Both the position numbers and the translations under genes were made by a program. Positions 27,443 to 37,264 of a stretch of DNA of 64,000 nt are shown piece after piece. The notes under the pieces were generated by a model that ran no database searches, was not told where the DNA came from, and was given only the letters and a program-made list of their open reading frames with translations. The stretch comes from an uncultured Chloroflexia bacterium (GTDB taxonomy: Bacteria; Chloroflexota; Limnocylindria; Limnocylindrales; CSP1-4), in NCBI GenBank assembly GCA_963752475.1, contig CAVVYR010000001.1:1-64000 (forward strand), given 5' to 3'. The stretch's first letter is position 1, and the number at the start of each line of letters is the position of its first letter.

Positions 27443-29797
27443 GTGAGCGGTCAGACCAAGCGGACAGGCGAAGCCCCCGAGTCCCTCAGCAGCCGGGTGG
27501 CCGAATCTGGAACCGCCCCGCTCCATGGGGATCAAGGCTCGGTCTTTCGGCCGTCCTTCCCGCTCGTCCAGGCCAAGCTCCGCCCGCGCACGTCGCCCCC
27601 GGTGACCGTGCCGCGAGAGCGGCTCATCCGCCAGCTCACAGCCGAGCCGCGAAACCCGATCGTGTCGGTCACCGCACCACCCGGTTACGGCAAGACCGTG
27701 CTGCTCTCCCAATGGGTGGCACGAGAGGAGCGGGGTGTCGCGTGGCTGACGCTCGACGATCTCGACAATGACCCCAGCGTCTTCCTCACGAATGTCGCTT
27801 CGTCACTCGACCAGGTTCGACCGATCGACGCCTCGATGGGAGCTGCTATCGCCGTCCATGGACATCGGGTCCTTGCGACGGCCGTGCCACGGATCGCCTG
27901 GGAGTTGTCCCGCTGGGAACAGCCCGGCCTGCTCGTCCTCGATGACGTCCACCAACTGACCGATCGGATCTGTCTCGATGCCCTGGCTCAGCTCCTCGAT
28001 CTCCTGCCCCCTGGCTTCCAGGTCGCCATGGCGGCGAGGGTCGAGCTCGATCTGCCGCTGGCGCGGTATCGGGCGCGGCAGGCGGTGCTCGAGCTCGGCG
28101 GTGCGGACCTCGCGCTCGACCCGGAGGAGACGCTCGCCCTGGTGTCCGCGATGGGCGAGCCACTCGATGCGACCGAGGCCCGACTCCTGAGCGAGCGGGC
28201 CGAGGGCTGGGCTGCCGGGATCTACCTCCTGACCCTCGAACGCACACGACACGACGGGGGCCGGGACGCAACCGACATCTCGGGCGGGGTCGGGTACGTC
28301 GCCGAGTATCTGCGGGCTGAGCTCGAGCAAGACCTGAGCGACAACGACGTCGCCCTCCTCACGCGGACATCGATCCTCGAAGTCGTCGAGCCGAGCCTTG
28401 CCGAGTCCGTCGCTGCAGTCCCACATGCCGAGGAGCGGCTGAGTTCGCTGGCCCACACGAATCAGCTCATCGGGCGGGTCGAGGGGCCAGACGTGGCCTT
28501 TCGCTACCACGCGCTGCTGCGTGACTTCCTCTTGGCGGAGCTCGAGCGACGTGAGCCAGGAACGGCGCCCGAGCTTCATCGTCGGGCTGCTGCCTGGTAT
28601 GCCGACTCGGGACGCATGGAGCTTGCTATCGAGCACGCGCTGGCTGGCGGGGATATGGACGGCGCGGCTCCGCTCGTCACCGCTGCGGTCCTGTCGATGC
28701 ATCACCGTGGCCATGACGATCGGCTGCAGCGTTGGCTCGGCAGCTTCGACGACAGGGTGGTCGCGCGACACCCGTCACTGGCGGTGGTCGCAGCCTGGAT
28801 CTACGCGGTCAACGGGCGACCGGGTGCCGCCGATCACATGGCGGACATCGCCGAGCAGTTCGACATCACCGGCGCACCTGACGACGGCGCGTCGTCATTC
28901 GGGTCGTCGAAGGCGATGCTGCGCGCGGCTCTGGCCCGAAACGGACCCGCTGCGATGCTCTCGGACGCGGCGCTCGCGGCGACGGAAGAGGAACGGGGTC
29001 GTCCGTGGCGCATGTACGCGTTCACGCTGGTCGGGTGGGCGCACCGCCTGCTGGGCGAAGCCGACGCGGCCGACGCAGCCTTCGCGGAGGCTGTCGCCTC
29101 GGCCAGCGTGAGCGGCGTCAACCCGTTCATCGCCCTCGCGAGCCGAGCGTCGAACGCGATCCACACAGGGGATTGGCATTCCGCAGAACGGCTGGCCCAG
29201 GACAGCCATGAGGAATTCAGGCGGACGAACCTCGGGGAGATCGCCTCGTCGCTTCTCGCTCACGCGGTCGTGGCCCGTGTGGCGATCCACAACGGGGACC
29301 AGCCAAGAGGCCGGGCCGAGCTCGTCCACGCACAACTGGCACGTCCGCAGGCCACCTACGCTCTGCCCTGGCTCGCGGTCGCTGCACTGCTCGACCTGGC
29401 GCGCGCCTATCTGGCGATCTCGGATGTGACGGGTGCCCGCAGCACGGTCGCCGAAGCGGCGCGTATCGCTCGTCGACGCCCGCAGTTGGGGACGCTCATC
29501 GTGGACCTCGACGACATCCGGCAGCAGCTGGCCGACGCCAGCGAGACCCTCGTGGGCTCGTCTGCCCTCACCCCCGCGGAGCTGCGGTTGCTGCCCTTCC
29601 TCTCGACCTATCTCACGTTCGAGGAGATCGCCGGCCGGCTCTCGCTGTCACGCCACACCATCAAGAGCCAGGCCGTCGCCGTCTACGCCAAGCTTCAGGC
29701 CACGAGCCGGAGCCAAGCCGTCGAGCGGGCCATCGAGCTGGGCCTGATCGAGCCTCTACCGGGCCTGCTGCTTGCGCGTAGGACGCCGGAGGACTGA
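27443..29797 (+). CDS. MalT-like ATP-dependent LuxR-family regulator (start approximate)
   Basis: APPGYGKT, LVLDDVH, AEGWAAG, C-terminal LuxR HTH. Confidence 0.92.
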   Translation: MSGQTKRTGEAPESLSSRVAESGTAPLHGDQGSVFRPSFPLVQAKLRPRTSPPVTVPRERLIRQLTAEPRNPIVSVTAPPGYGKTVLLSQWVAREERGVAWLTLDDLDNDPSVFLTNVASSLDQVRPIDASMGAAIAVHGHRVLATAVPRIAWELSRWEQPGLLVLDDVHQLTDRICLDALAQLLDLLPPGFQVAMAARVELDLPLARYRARQAVLELGGADLALDPEETLALVSAMGEPLDATEARLLSERAEGWAAGIYLLTLERTRHDGGRDATDISGGVGYVAEYLRAELEQDLSDNDVALLTRTSILEVVEPSLAESVAAVPHAEERLSSLAHTNQLIGRVEGPDVAFRYHALLRDFLLAELERREPGTAPELHRRAAAWYADSGRMELAIEHALAGGDMDGAAPLVTAAVLSMHHRGHDDRLQRWLGSFDDRVVARHPSLAVVAAWIYAVNGRPGAADHMADIAEQFDITGAPDDGASSFGSSKAMLRAALARNGPAAMLSDAALAATEEERGRPWRMYAFTLVGWAHRLLGEADAADAAFAEAVASASVSGVNPFIALASRASNAIHTGDWHSAERLAQDSHEEFRRTNLGEIASSLLAHAVVARVAIHNGDQPRGRAELVHAQLARPQATYALPWLAVAALLDLARAYLAISDVTGARSTVAEAARIARRRPQLGTLIVDLDDIRQQLADASETLVGSSALTPAELRLLPFLSTYLTFEEIAGRLSLSRHTIKSQAVAVYAKLQATSRSQAVERAIELGLIEPLPGLLLARRTPED

Positions 29798-29833
29798 CCG
29801 CCCGCGGGCTGGTCCAAGCTCGATAGCCCCGGG

Positions 29834-30235
29834 CTACAGCCCGCCGTGGTGCTCTGCGAGCGGCAACCCGGCATCCCGCCAGGCGGTGATCCCGCCGTCG
29901 AGGTTGGCGACACGCTCGTAGCCCATCTCCTGCATGGAACGCGCTGCGAGCACGCCACGAGCGCCGGAGTTGCAGTAGACGATCACCCTGCGGGTGGGGT
30001 CCAGGTCGTACTTGAGCGTGGGCGGCAAGCGCGGTCCACACTCGGGGTCCGAAACGAACTCAAGCAGGCCCCGGGGGATCTGGTAGGCGCCCTTGATGTG
30101 GTGCTCCCACTCCACCTGTTCGCGGACGTCGATGAAGATGGCAGCCCCAGCCTCGAGCTCCGCCTGAGCGTCGTTCGGAGAGATGCTCTCGATGTTGTTG
30201 CTGGCCTCCGCGACCAGTTCTCGCACGCTCTTCAC
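29834..30235 (-). CDS. Rhodanese-like domain protein
   Basis: IDVRE..EW, IPRGLLEF, YCNSGARG, LDGGITAW. Confidence 0.92.
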   Translation of the reverse strand: MKSVRELVAEASNNIESISPNDAQAELEAGAAIFIDVREQVEWEHHIKGAYQIPRGLLEFVSDPECGPRLPPTLKYDLDPTRRVIVYCNSGARGVLAARSMQEMGYERVANLDGGITAWRDAGLPLAEHHGGL

Positions 30236-30425
30236 GCTGGATCCTCCTCCTGACTCGTGCTGCCCTGCCTGGCCCAAGTCAAGCGCCGTCACCGGCCGCA
30301 GGCATCGGGCGATTCGTCCGATGCGGACTGCGGGCGCGCGACGCACATTGCGAGGACGAGACCGTGATCGGGTACGGCCGGTCGTCGAACGACGCTCGGG
30401 TCGCGACAGAGGGAGGAAGGCACTG

Positions 30426-31613
30426 ATGAACGCTCAGACCACAGCCAGCGGCGGTGAGGGCAGGGTTTCCACGACGGTTCCTCTGGACTGGAGCGAGGTC
30501 TGGTTCACCAACTGCCCCATGGTCTCCGCCAACAACGTGGACCAGGAGCTGGGGTGGTGCCGCGAGGAGTACAAGAAGATCGGCGTCGAGTACGCCTACT
30601 TCCGCCACGCTCCGGAGAACAACTGGTACCCGCATTACATCCACAACCTCGACAACCTCATCCGCTTCGGTGGCCTCTATCCGCCGATCCACGTCCAAGC
30701 CGACATCCGGCGCACGGTGCTGCTGGGAGCGACGTGGGTCTATGAGGGCGGCTGCATGGCCGTGCGCGCCCGCGACGGGTTGCATCGGATGGAGGACCTG
30801 AAGGGCAAGAAGATCGGCATCTCCAAGAGCCTGAACACCATCAAGAACGACTGGTGGCGCATCCAGGAGCACATGGGCATCGAGAACATGCTCGCGCTCC
30901 ACGACATGACCATGGACGACATCGAACTGGTGGAGTTCCCCTACCCGGACGATTGGTACGACAAGCCAGAGATGCTCGTCCCGCCCATGAACAATCCCTC
31001 AGAGCTGTGGATGCGACGCGACCACAAGCACGACCTGGCGTTCCGCCCGCTGGAGTCGGCACTACTCGCCGGCACCGTCGACGCGATCTACACGCAGAGC
31101 AAGGTCTTCCAGCACCTCCAGGAAGCGACCGGCCGGATCACGATGATCGAGGACCTATCCCGGTATCCCGACTGGACGATCCAGGTCGCCAACACGCCCG
31201 CGGTGATCACCTGTACCGACGTCATGGCTGATGAGCACCCCGAGCTCGTCCTCGCCTATATGCGAGCGATGATCAGGGTCGGTCGCTGGGCCAACGAGCA
31301 CAAGCGCGCCGCTGGCGCGATCCTCGATCGCCAGACCTTCTACCGCGATGCCGAGGACACCTACCAGGGCATCAGGGACGTCGACATGGTGCCGAGTCTG
31401 AGCGCGCAGAACATGCAGTGCATCAAGATCGGCAAGGACTTCATGGTGAGCCACGACTACATCAAGAACGATTTCGACGTCGACGAGTGGGCTCGTCCCG
31501 AGTTCCTGGAGCAGGCAGCGACGCAGGTGCTCGAGGAGGAATGGGAGCGACGGAGCTGGAGCAAGCTGCCGGCCGGGGGCGGGCTCGAGGCGGAAGGCAC
31601 TCGGCTGGGGTAG
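30426..31613 (+). CDS. DszB-like desulfinase / SsuA-type periplasmic-binding-fold protein
   Basis: FTNCPMVSA and HY..NL..LIRFGGLYPP resemble DszB SNCP and HF...TRFGGEIPP; no signal peptide. Confidence 0.72.
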   Translation: MNAQTTASGGEGRVSTTVPLDWSEVWFTNCPMVSANNVDQELGWCREEYKKIGVEYAYFRHAPENNWYPHYIHNLDNLIRFGGLYPPIHVQADIRRTVLLGATWVYEGGCMAVRARDGLHRMEDLKGKKIGISKSLNTIKNDWWRIQEHMGIENMLALHDMTMDDIELVEFPYPDDWYDKPEMLVPPMNNPSELWMRRDHKHDLAFRPLESALLAGTVDAIYTQSKVFQHLQEATGRITMIEDLSRYPDWTIQVANTPAVITCTDVMADEHPELVLAYMRAMIRVGRWANEHKRAAGAILDRQTFYRDAEDTYQGIRDVDMVPSLSAQNMQCIKIGKDFMVSHDYIKNDFDVDEWARPEFLEQAATQVLEEEWERRSWSKLPAGGGLEAEGTRLG

Positions 31614-31681
31614 CTGACGACAGCCTGAACACATCGCAGCTGAGATCTTGCGCGCAGCGCAACCCATAGGAGGAGACAGAC

Positions 31682-31948
31682 ATGCCACGCGGACCACGGA
31701 GAGGACCCGGACGAGGACCAGCCCCTGCCATGCGAGCCATGCGTCGCCGTCGCCGTCGCCGCCGGCTGTTGGTGGGCGGGATGCTCGCCTTTGGCGCCTA
31801 CAAGATGAGCAAGCAGCAGGCCGACCAGGTCCAGCAGCACACCGGTGTGGATCCTGAGGAACTGACCGATCAGGAGCTGGCACAGGCGATGGATGAGCTC
31901 GGCATCGACAAGCAGGAAGTCACCGACGCGGACCAGGACGCCGGATAA
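31682..31948 (+). CDS. Small protein with Arg-rich N-terminus
   Basis: AGGAG RBS; RRRRRRR-LLVGG, acidic C-terminus. Confidence 0.65.
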   Translation: MPRGPRRGPGRGPAPAMRAMRRRRRRRRLLVGGMLAFGAYKMSKQQADQVQQHTGVDPEELTDQELAQAMDELGIDKQEVTDADQDAG

Positions 31949-31994
31949 GCTCTGGCTCATCCGTCGTGACGGTCACCGGTTCAAGGAGGTCACC

Positions 31995-32555
31995 ATGATC
32001 GCCAGCCATCCTGAGGGCATGATCGCCACGGAGCGTCGGACGAACCTGGGCCTGTACCTCACCGCCCGGGAGGCGTATGACCTATGGCAGGAAGACCCCG
32101 ACGGCGTCCGGATCCTCGACTGCCGCACGCCTGAGGAGTACGTCTTCGTGGGCCACCCACCCATGGCCGTCAACATCCCCTTCGCGTTCCAGTCCTTCGA
32201 GTGGGATCCGGAGCGCAAGGGCTTCCACTGGGAACTCAACCCGGGCTTCCTGGCGGCCGTTCGACGCTGGGCAGGGCCAGACGAGACCATCCTCGTCGGC
32301 TGCCGCTCCGGCGGCCGCGCGGCGACGGCTATCGACCTCCTTGCCGCGGAGACGGGATACACGAGGACCTACAACATCCTTGACGGGATGGAAGGCGCCA
32401 AGGTCGATGATCCCGATAGCGTCTTCGACGGCATGCGCATGAAGAACGGCTGGAAGAACTCCGGCCTGCCGTGGACCTATGAGATCGATCCGGCGAAGAT
32501 GGTCCTCCCGGCACGGCAAAGCGAGGCGTTGATGCCGGGGAACGAGCACGACTGA
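31995..32555 (+). CDS. Rhodanese-like sulfurtransferase
   Basis: LDCRTPEEYVFVGH, CRSGGRA, NILDGMEG, NGWKNSGLPW. Confidence 0.88.
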   Translation: MIASHPEGMIATERRTNLGLYLTAREAYDLWQEDPDGVRILDCRTPEEYVFVGHPPMAVNIPFAFQSFEWDPERKGFHWELNPGFLAAVRRWAGPDETILVGCRSGGRAATAIDLLAAETGYTRTYNILDGMEGAKVDDPDSVFDGMRMKNGWKNSGLPWTYEIDPAKMVLPARQSEALMPGNEHD

Positions 32556-32691
32556 CCCCGTGTCGCGGTCGAGTCCTCGATGGTGAGCGGCGTCTGCGGC
32601 TGCCCGATCTGGCCGTGTGTTGCGAGCGGTGCCGCGGCTGTTCTCCTGGATCACATTCGGGCAGCGCAGCCGCGGGCGGACGCCGGGTCGG

Positions 32692-33873
32692 CTACGGATC
32701 GATCAGGTCGGCCAAGGCCTGGAACCCCGGGTCGAGGACGGCGAGCGCGCTGAACAGGGCCCCGCTGTCCGCGCAGGTGTTGGTGAAGACGACGGCCGTC
32801 TCGCCGGTCTCGGGATCGTGGCCGGCCCAGCCCTCCCAGCCGATGGCTTCGCCCTCGTGGCCGAACTGGGTCCCAGCCTGCATGATGCCGAGGCCGTAGG
32901 TGAGGGGGCCTCCAAGGGCGGCGTCGTGCATCTCGAGGCGCTGCGCGGCGAGCTCGTCGGAGAGCAGCGCACTGCCGCTCATCGAGGCAGCCCAAGTGCC
33001 GAGGTCGTCGAGGTCGGAGTGCATGCTGCCACCGATCTGGCCGTAGCTCGCGTTCCAGTCGGTGAGGTCGGTACCGTCCGGGACCGGATCGGCACCGTCG
33101 CCCACCAGCTCTTCGTTGCAGGCCGGGCTCATGTAGCCGCGGGCGAACGGCTCGGGCAGCGTGGTGTCGTCGTTGTACGGCAGGGCCGTGTCGGGCATGC
33201 CCAAGGGCTCGGTCAGGCGCTCCGTGACCAGCTCCTGGATGGGCTGCCCGGTGAGCGTCTCGGCGATCTCCTGGAGGATGACGTAGCCGGTGGTGCTGTA
33301 GCCGGGGGTACCCACGGGCGCCAGGCCACGCTCGACGCCGTAGCCGATGAGGTCGATCGGGTCCCACTGCGTATCGGGCGCCCGGGTCACAGCGGCCACC
33401 GTCGCATCGGACACGTTCATGTAGTCGGGGATGCCACTGGTCATGCCCAGCAGATCGCTGACACTGATGTCAGCTACCTCGGGGAACTGCTCTGCCAGGG
33501 CGGGATCGGCATCGGCGACGGTGTCGTCGAGCGCCAACAGCCCCTCGTCCACGAGCTGCAGGATGATGGCCGCGCCGAAGGTCTTGCTGACGCTGCCGAT
33601 GCGGAAGTGGTCGTCGATGGCGGCCGCCCGATCGTTGGCCACGTCCGCGAGGCCGTAGGCCTGCTGGTACACGCCCCGCTCGGGGCTCCACAGGCCAACG
33701 TAGAAGGCGGGCACCTCTGGATGCTTCTCCATGACCGCGACGATGCCGGCGTCGATGGCAGCGGCATCCTCGGCGGACATGGGCTCGGTGGGCAGCGGCA
33801 CGTCCGCAGCAGCGACGGGGGCGGCCAGCGACAGCGCGAGAACGGCGGTGGTGAGGAGCGTGGGCGTGCGCAT
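32692..33873 (-). CDS. Secreted serine hydrolase (beta-lactamase/D-Ala-D-Ala carboxypeptidase family)
   Basis: FRIGSVSK, LLGMTSG, YST, GHEG; signal peptide. Confidence 0.88.
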   Translation of the reverse strand: MRTPTLLTTAVLALSLAAPVAAADVPLPTEPMSAEDAAAIDAGIVAVMEKHPEVPAFYVGLWSPERGVYQQAYGLADVANDRAAAIDDHFRIGSVSKTFGAAIILQLVDEGLLALDDTVADADPALAEQFPEVADISVSDLLGMTSGIPDYMNVSDATVAAVTRAPDTQWDPIDLIGYGVERGLAPVGTPGYSTTGYVILQEIAETLTGQPIQELVTERLTEPLGMPDTALPYNDDTTLPEPFARGYMSPACNEELVGDGADPVPDGTDLTDWNASYGQIGGSMHSDLDDLGTWAASMSGSALLSDELAAQRLEMHDAALGGPLTYGLGIMQAGTQFGHEGEAIGWEGWAGHDPETGETAVVFTNTCADSGALFSALAVLDPGFQALADLIDP

Positions 33874-33989
33874 CGGTTCTCCAAGGCGTAGGAAGGCTGG
33901 GTGGACCATTCTGCCAAACACCGACGAGATGAGCGCCGATGGGCCTGCTGCGAGCACGACCCCCGAACGACAGAGACAGTTCCAGCCCG

Positions 33990-34700
33990 TCAGTCATCTT
34001 CCTCGCGCTCGTCCTTTTCGTCGCGTTCATCTCGCTCGTCCTTCTCATCGCGCTCGTCCCGCTCCTTCGGCTCCGGTGTCTCGCGCTTCTCTTTCTGCTG
34101 GCGCTCCTCCGGCTCGGGCGTCTCACGCTCCGTGCGGTCCTCGGAGTCGGTCCGTGCCCGTTCGGTGACCGACGGCGTCGCGACCGGGGTCGGCGAGGGT
34201 GACGGTGTCGGCGAGGGTGACGGTGTCGCGACCGGGGTCGGAGATGGTGACGGTGTCGGCTCGCTGGTCGCAGCCGGCGACTCCGTGGGTACTGCCCCGG
34301 GAACGATCGCCGCAGGCGTCGTGCCATCCGGCCCCAGGAGTGACAAGGCGCCACCAGTCACGAAGGCCCCTCCGACGCCGACCACGATGATCACGCTCAG
34401 GAACAGCGCCGCCGCAGAGGCACGGGCCGACGTCGCGACCTGGGAGGTCGGCTCGAAAGCCAGCCGCCACGCAGCTGCCAACGCGGCGAGAGCATCACGG
34501 ATGGCAAGGCGTCGAACAGAACGCAGGAAGACCCGACCTGGTGACGGCGTCGGCTCCTCCGCGACGCGAGCCATGACGCGGTCGGTGAAGGATCCACGCT
34601 CCATCGAGGTACCGCTCCGCTGCAGCCGTGTCGTTCCGTCTACCGGTCCGACGGACCCGCGCTCCGGCCCCTGGGTTTCGTGCCGCTGTCTCCTCGTCAT
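33990..34700 (-). CDS. Putative anti-sigma factor with Pro/Thr linker and charged tail
   Basis: Overlaps sigma stop; FTDRVMARVA, TM, PTP repeats, DERDE repeats. Confidence 0.68.
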   Translation of the reverse strand: MTRRQRHETQGPERGSVGPVDGTTRLQRSGTSMERGSFTDRVMARVAEEPTPSPGRVFLRSVRRLAIRDALAALAAAWRLAFEPTSQVATSARASAAALFLSVIIVVGVGGAFVTGGALSLLGPDGTTPAAIVPGAVPTESPAATSEPTPSPSPTPVATPSPSPTPSPSPTPVATPSVTERARTDSEDRTERETPEPEERQQKEKRETPEPKERDERDEKDERDERDEKDEREEDD

Positions 34701-35326
34701 GACCCAAGCCTCCCCCGTAGGGCTGCCAGTGCCCGATGCAGTCGCGACTTGACCGTCCCGAGGGGCGCGCCGGTGGCCGAGGAGATCTCCTCGAGCGACA
34801 TGCCGCGATAGAAGCGCATCTCGACGATGCGGCGCTGATGCTCCGGCAGCGTGGAGATCGCCCGCTGGACCTCCGCTCGGCGTTCTCCATCAAGGAGGAC
34901 GCGCTCGGGGTCGATACCCTCTCCTGCGTCGATGAGCCAGCCGTCCTCACGGGTGGGGTCAGCCCGCAACTCGGTCGGGCGCTTGAGCTTGGCGTAGGCC
35001 ATGCGCGAAGCGATCCGGCCGACCCACGCGCCGAAGGCCCCGTCACCGCGGAAGGTCGGCAGAGCTCGGTACGCCTGGATGAACGCCTCCTGGGCGACAT
35101 CCTCGGCGAGCTGGGGATCACGGAGCACGCGGCGACAGAGGCCGATCACGTTCTCCTTCTCCCGATCGACGAGCAGGCGGTAGGCCTCATCATCACCCGC
35201 GATCACGGCGTCCACGAGGGCCCGATCCGTCGGCTCCAGCGTCATCGATCTCGAATCGCTGTCATCGAATCCACTGTAGGCGGCCCGGTCGGGACGCGTC
35301 AGCGGAACGGCTAGCTCCAACCCCAT
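34697..35326 (-). CDS. ECF sigma-70 factor (SigW/RpoE-like)
   Basis: AEDVAQEAFIQAY, GTVKSRLHRAL. Confidence 0.92.
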   Translation of the reverse strand: MGLELAVPLTRPDRAAYSGFDDSDSRSMTLEPTDRALVDAVIAGDDEAYRLLVDREKENVIGLCRRVLRDPQLAEDVAQEAFIQAYRALPTFRGDGAFGAWVGRIASRMAYAKLKRPTELRADPTREDGWLIDAGEGIDPERVLLDGERRAEVQRAISTLPEHQRRIVEMRFYRGMSLEEISSATGAPLGTVKSRLHRALAALRGRLGS

Positions 35327-35401
35327 GCTCCACGCTGGGCATCACTCGAGATCTTCATCTCCACCTGCTTGCTGCACTCCGGCACATCGATCTTCGTCAC
35401 C

Positions 35402-35482
35402 TACCTGAGGGTCGAACCGCCTCGAAGGTTCCATCTGATTCGGAACCCGATGGAACCTTTTCGACCGACGGGCCCTCAGGTA
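35402..35482. promoter_or_regulatory. Back-to-back ECF promoters GATGGAACCTT-N13-CCCTCAGGTA
   Basis: Identical motif on minus (35435-35402) and plus (35449-35482) strands. Confidence 0.8.
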
Positions 35483-35514
35483 TTCGACACAGCGAGCAGT
35501 AGGAGTCCCCCACC

Positions 35515-35928
35515 ATGCGACAACGTCTCGCCATCGCCCTGAGCGGCCTCGTCGCCGCCGCGGTCCTGGCGGTTGGCCTGACCGCCGCCGGCTTCGGCCC
35601 GGAGCCGCGACCGGCTGCAGCCGATGAGATCGAGGCCGTGGCTGCCGAGATGACGATCGAGGACACCGAGCCCGAGGTCGTCTACATCAAGCCCGCGCCC
35701 AAGCCCAAGACCGTGGTCGTGAAGAAGCGCGTGCAACAGCAGGCTGCAAGCTCTGCCAGGAAAGACACCAAGCGGGCTCGTACCACGCGGTCTAGGGACG
35801 ACGAGGACGAGGCCGAGCACCGGCGCGAGTCGAGGAAGGAGCGCCGCGAGGACCGACGCGAGGAGGCGAAGGAGCGCCGCGAGGAGCGCCGGGAGCACGA
35901 GCGCGAAGATGAGGAGGACGACGACTGA
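35515..35928 (+). CDS. Secreted low-complexity charged protein
   Basis: Signal peptide, RBS, E/R/D-rich tail. Confidence 0.7.
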   Translation: MRQRLAIALSGLVAAAVLAVGLTAAGFGPEPRPAAADEIEAVAAEMTIEDTEPEVVYIKPAPKPKTVVVKKRVQQQAASSARKDTKRARTTRSRDDEDEAEHRRESRKERREDRREEAKERREERREHEREDEEDDD

Positions 35929-36320
35929 TGGAGCCGAGGAACGCGGCCGCACCGAGCGAGCAGAAGCCGCCGGCGCGAGGACTCCGCCGCGACAAGCCCG
36001 ATCCACGGCCTGCACGCCTGATGCTTGGGGCGGCCGCGCTCGCCGCCGTGACGGTCGTCGGAGCTGGCCTGGTCGACTTCCCGCCGGCGGTGGCGGAAGA
36101 GCCGCTGCCCGCACCCGCCAAGGCGGGAGTCACGAAGGTCGACAAGGTGAAACAGCCGATCAAGTACGTTCGCCTGAAGCCGGGGCAGAAGGCTCCGAAG
36201 GGAGCGAAGGTCATCAAGGAAGCCGCGCCCACGCCACGTGTCGTCGTGCAGCGGGTGGTCGTGCCGGCACAGAGCCAGACACGACGTCCCGTGACTCGCT
36301 CCAGGCAGTCGGGCGGATGA
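35928..36320 (+). CDS. Membrane-anchored protein, candidate flavinylation substrate
   Basis: One TM; ends TRSRQSGG; coupled to apbE. Confidence 0.65.
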   Translation: MEPRNAAAPSEQKPPARGLRRDKPDPRPARLMLGAAALAAVTVVGAGLVDFPPAVAEEPLPAPAKAGVTKVDKVKQPIKYVRLKPGQKAPKGAKVIKEAAPTPRVVVQRVVVPAQSQTRRPVTRSRQSGG

Positions 36321-37264
36321 TGGTCGTTCCCACCAGCGACGCACCGACGGTCCGGCAGGCCACGCTCGAGACCGAGCTCAGGACGCGATCGATGGGTGGC
36401 GGACTCCGGCTCATCGTCACCTCCGCGGTGGAGGACGGCGAACGAGCCGAGCAGGAGTTGCGACGTGCCGCCGAACGCATCGATGCATGGGCCCGTCGGC
36501 TAACGCGCTTCACGGACACGTCAGACTTGGCCATCCTCAATGCAGAGCCCGAGCGATCGCCGCTGGCTCTCCGCCCGACGCTCGCCTCGGTCCTGTCGCA
36601 CGCGCGTCACATGGCCGCGGCGACGGAAGACATGGTCGACGTCACGATGCTGGACGCGCGCCTCGCGGCGGAGACCGGCGAGTGGACGGTGCCAAGTGGC
36701 CATTCGGCCTGGCATCTGACCGGTAGCGGGCGACGGCAGACCCTCGTGCGCGCTGGTCGGGTCCGGTTCGATCTGGACGGTGTCGCGAAGGGCTGGATGG
36801 CCGACCGTGCCCTGCGCCTTCTCGAGACCTATCCGAACGCACTCGTCGACGCCGACGGCGACGTTGCCGTGCGGTCGTCGTCCGCCGGCTGGGGCATCGC
36901 CGTGGCGCACCCCGACGACGATCTCGTCGAGCTGGCGCGGCTGCGACTCCCCCGAGACTGGCCCACGGACAGCTTCGGCGTGGCGACGTCGGGAATCAGC
37001 GTGCACCAGTGGCGACTTCCCACGGGAGCGAGCCACCACCTGATCGATCCGCGCACGAGCCGCCCCGCTGTGACCGACGTCGTGCAGGCGTCCGTGGTTG
37101 CCACGAGCACCGGCTTGGCCGAGGCCCTCGCCAAGTCGGCCGTCATCCGGGGTTCGCACGACGGCCTCGAGCTTCTTGATCGTGCCGGGGCATGGGGGGC
37201 GTTGCTCCTGCTGGAGGATGGCGACCTGGTGATGACTCCCGACACGACGCGGTGGATCGCCTGA
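36317..37264 (+). CDS. apbE: FAD:protein FMN transferase (ApbE)
   Basis: SMGG, LTRF..SDL..LN, DLDGVAKGW, VATSG, HHLIDPRT. Confidence 0.9.
   Translation: MMVVPTSDAPTVRQATLETELRTRSMGGGLRLIVTSAVEDGERAEQELRRAAERIDAWARRLTRFTDTSDLAILNAEPERSPLALRPTLASVLSHARHMAAATEDMVDVTMLDARLAAETGEWTVPSGHSAWHLTGSGRRQTLVRAGRVRFDLDGVAKGWMADRALRLLETYPNALVDADGDVAVRSSSAGWGIAVAHPDDDLVELARLRLPRDWPTDSFGVATSGISVHQWRLPTGASHHLIDPRTSRPAVTDVVQASVVATSTGLAEALAKSAVIRGSHDGLELLDRAGAWGALLLLEDGDLVMTPDTTRWIA

Noticed and set aside
34150-34260. Short repeats gacggtgtcg
   Set aside because: They encode the Pro/Thr/Ser linker of the anti-sigma-like protein.
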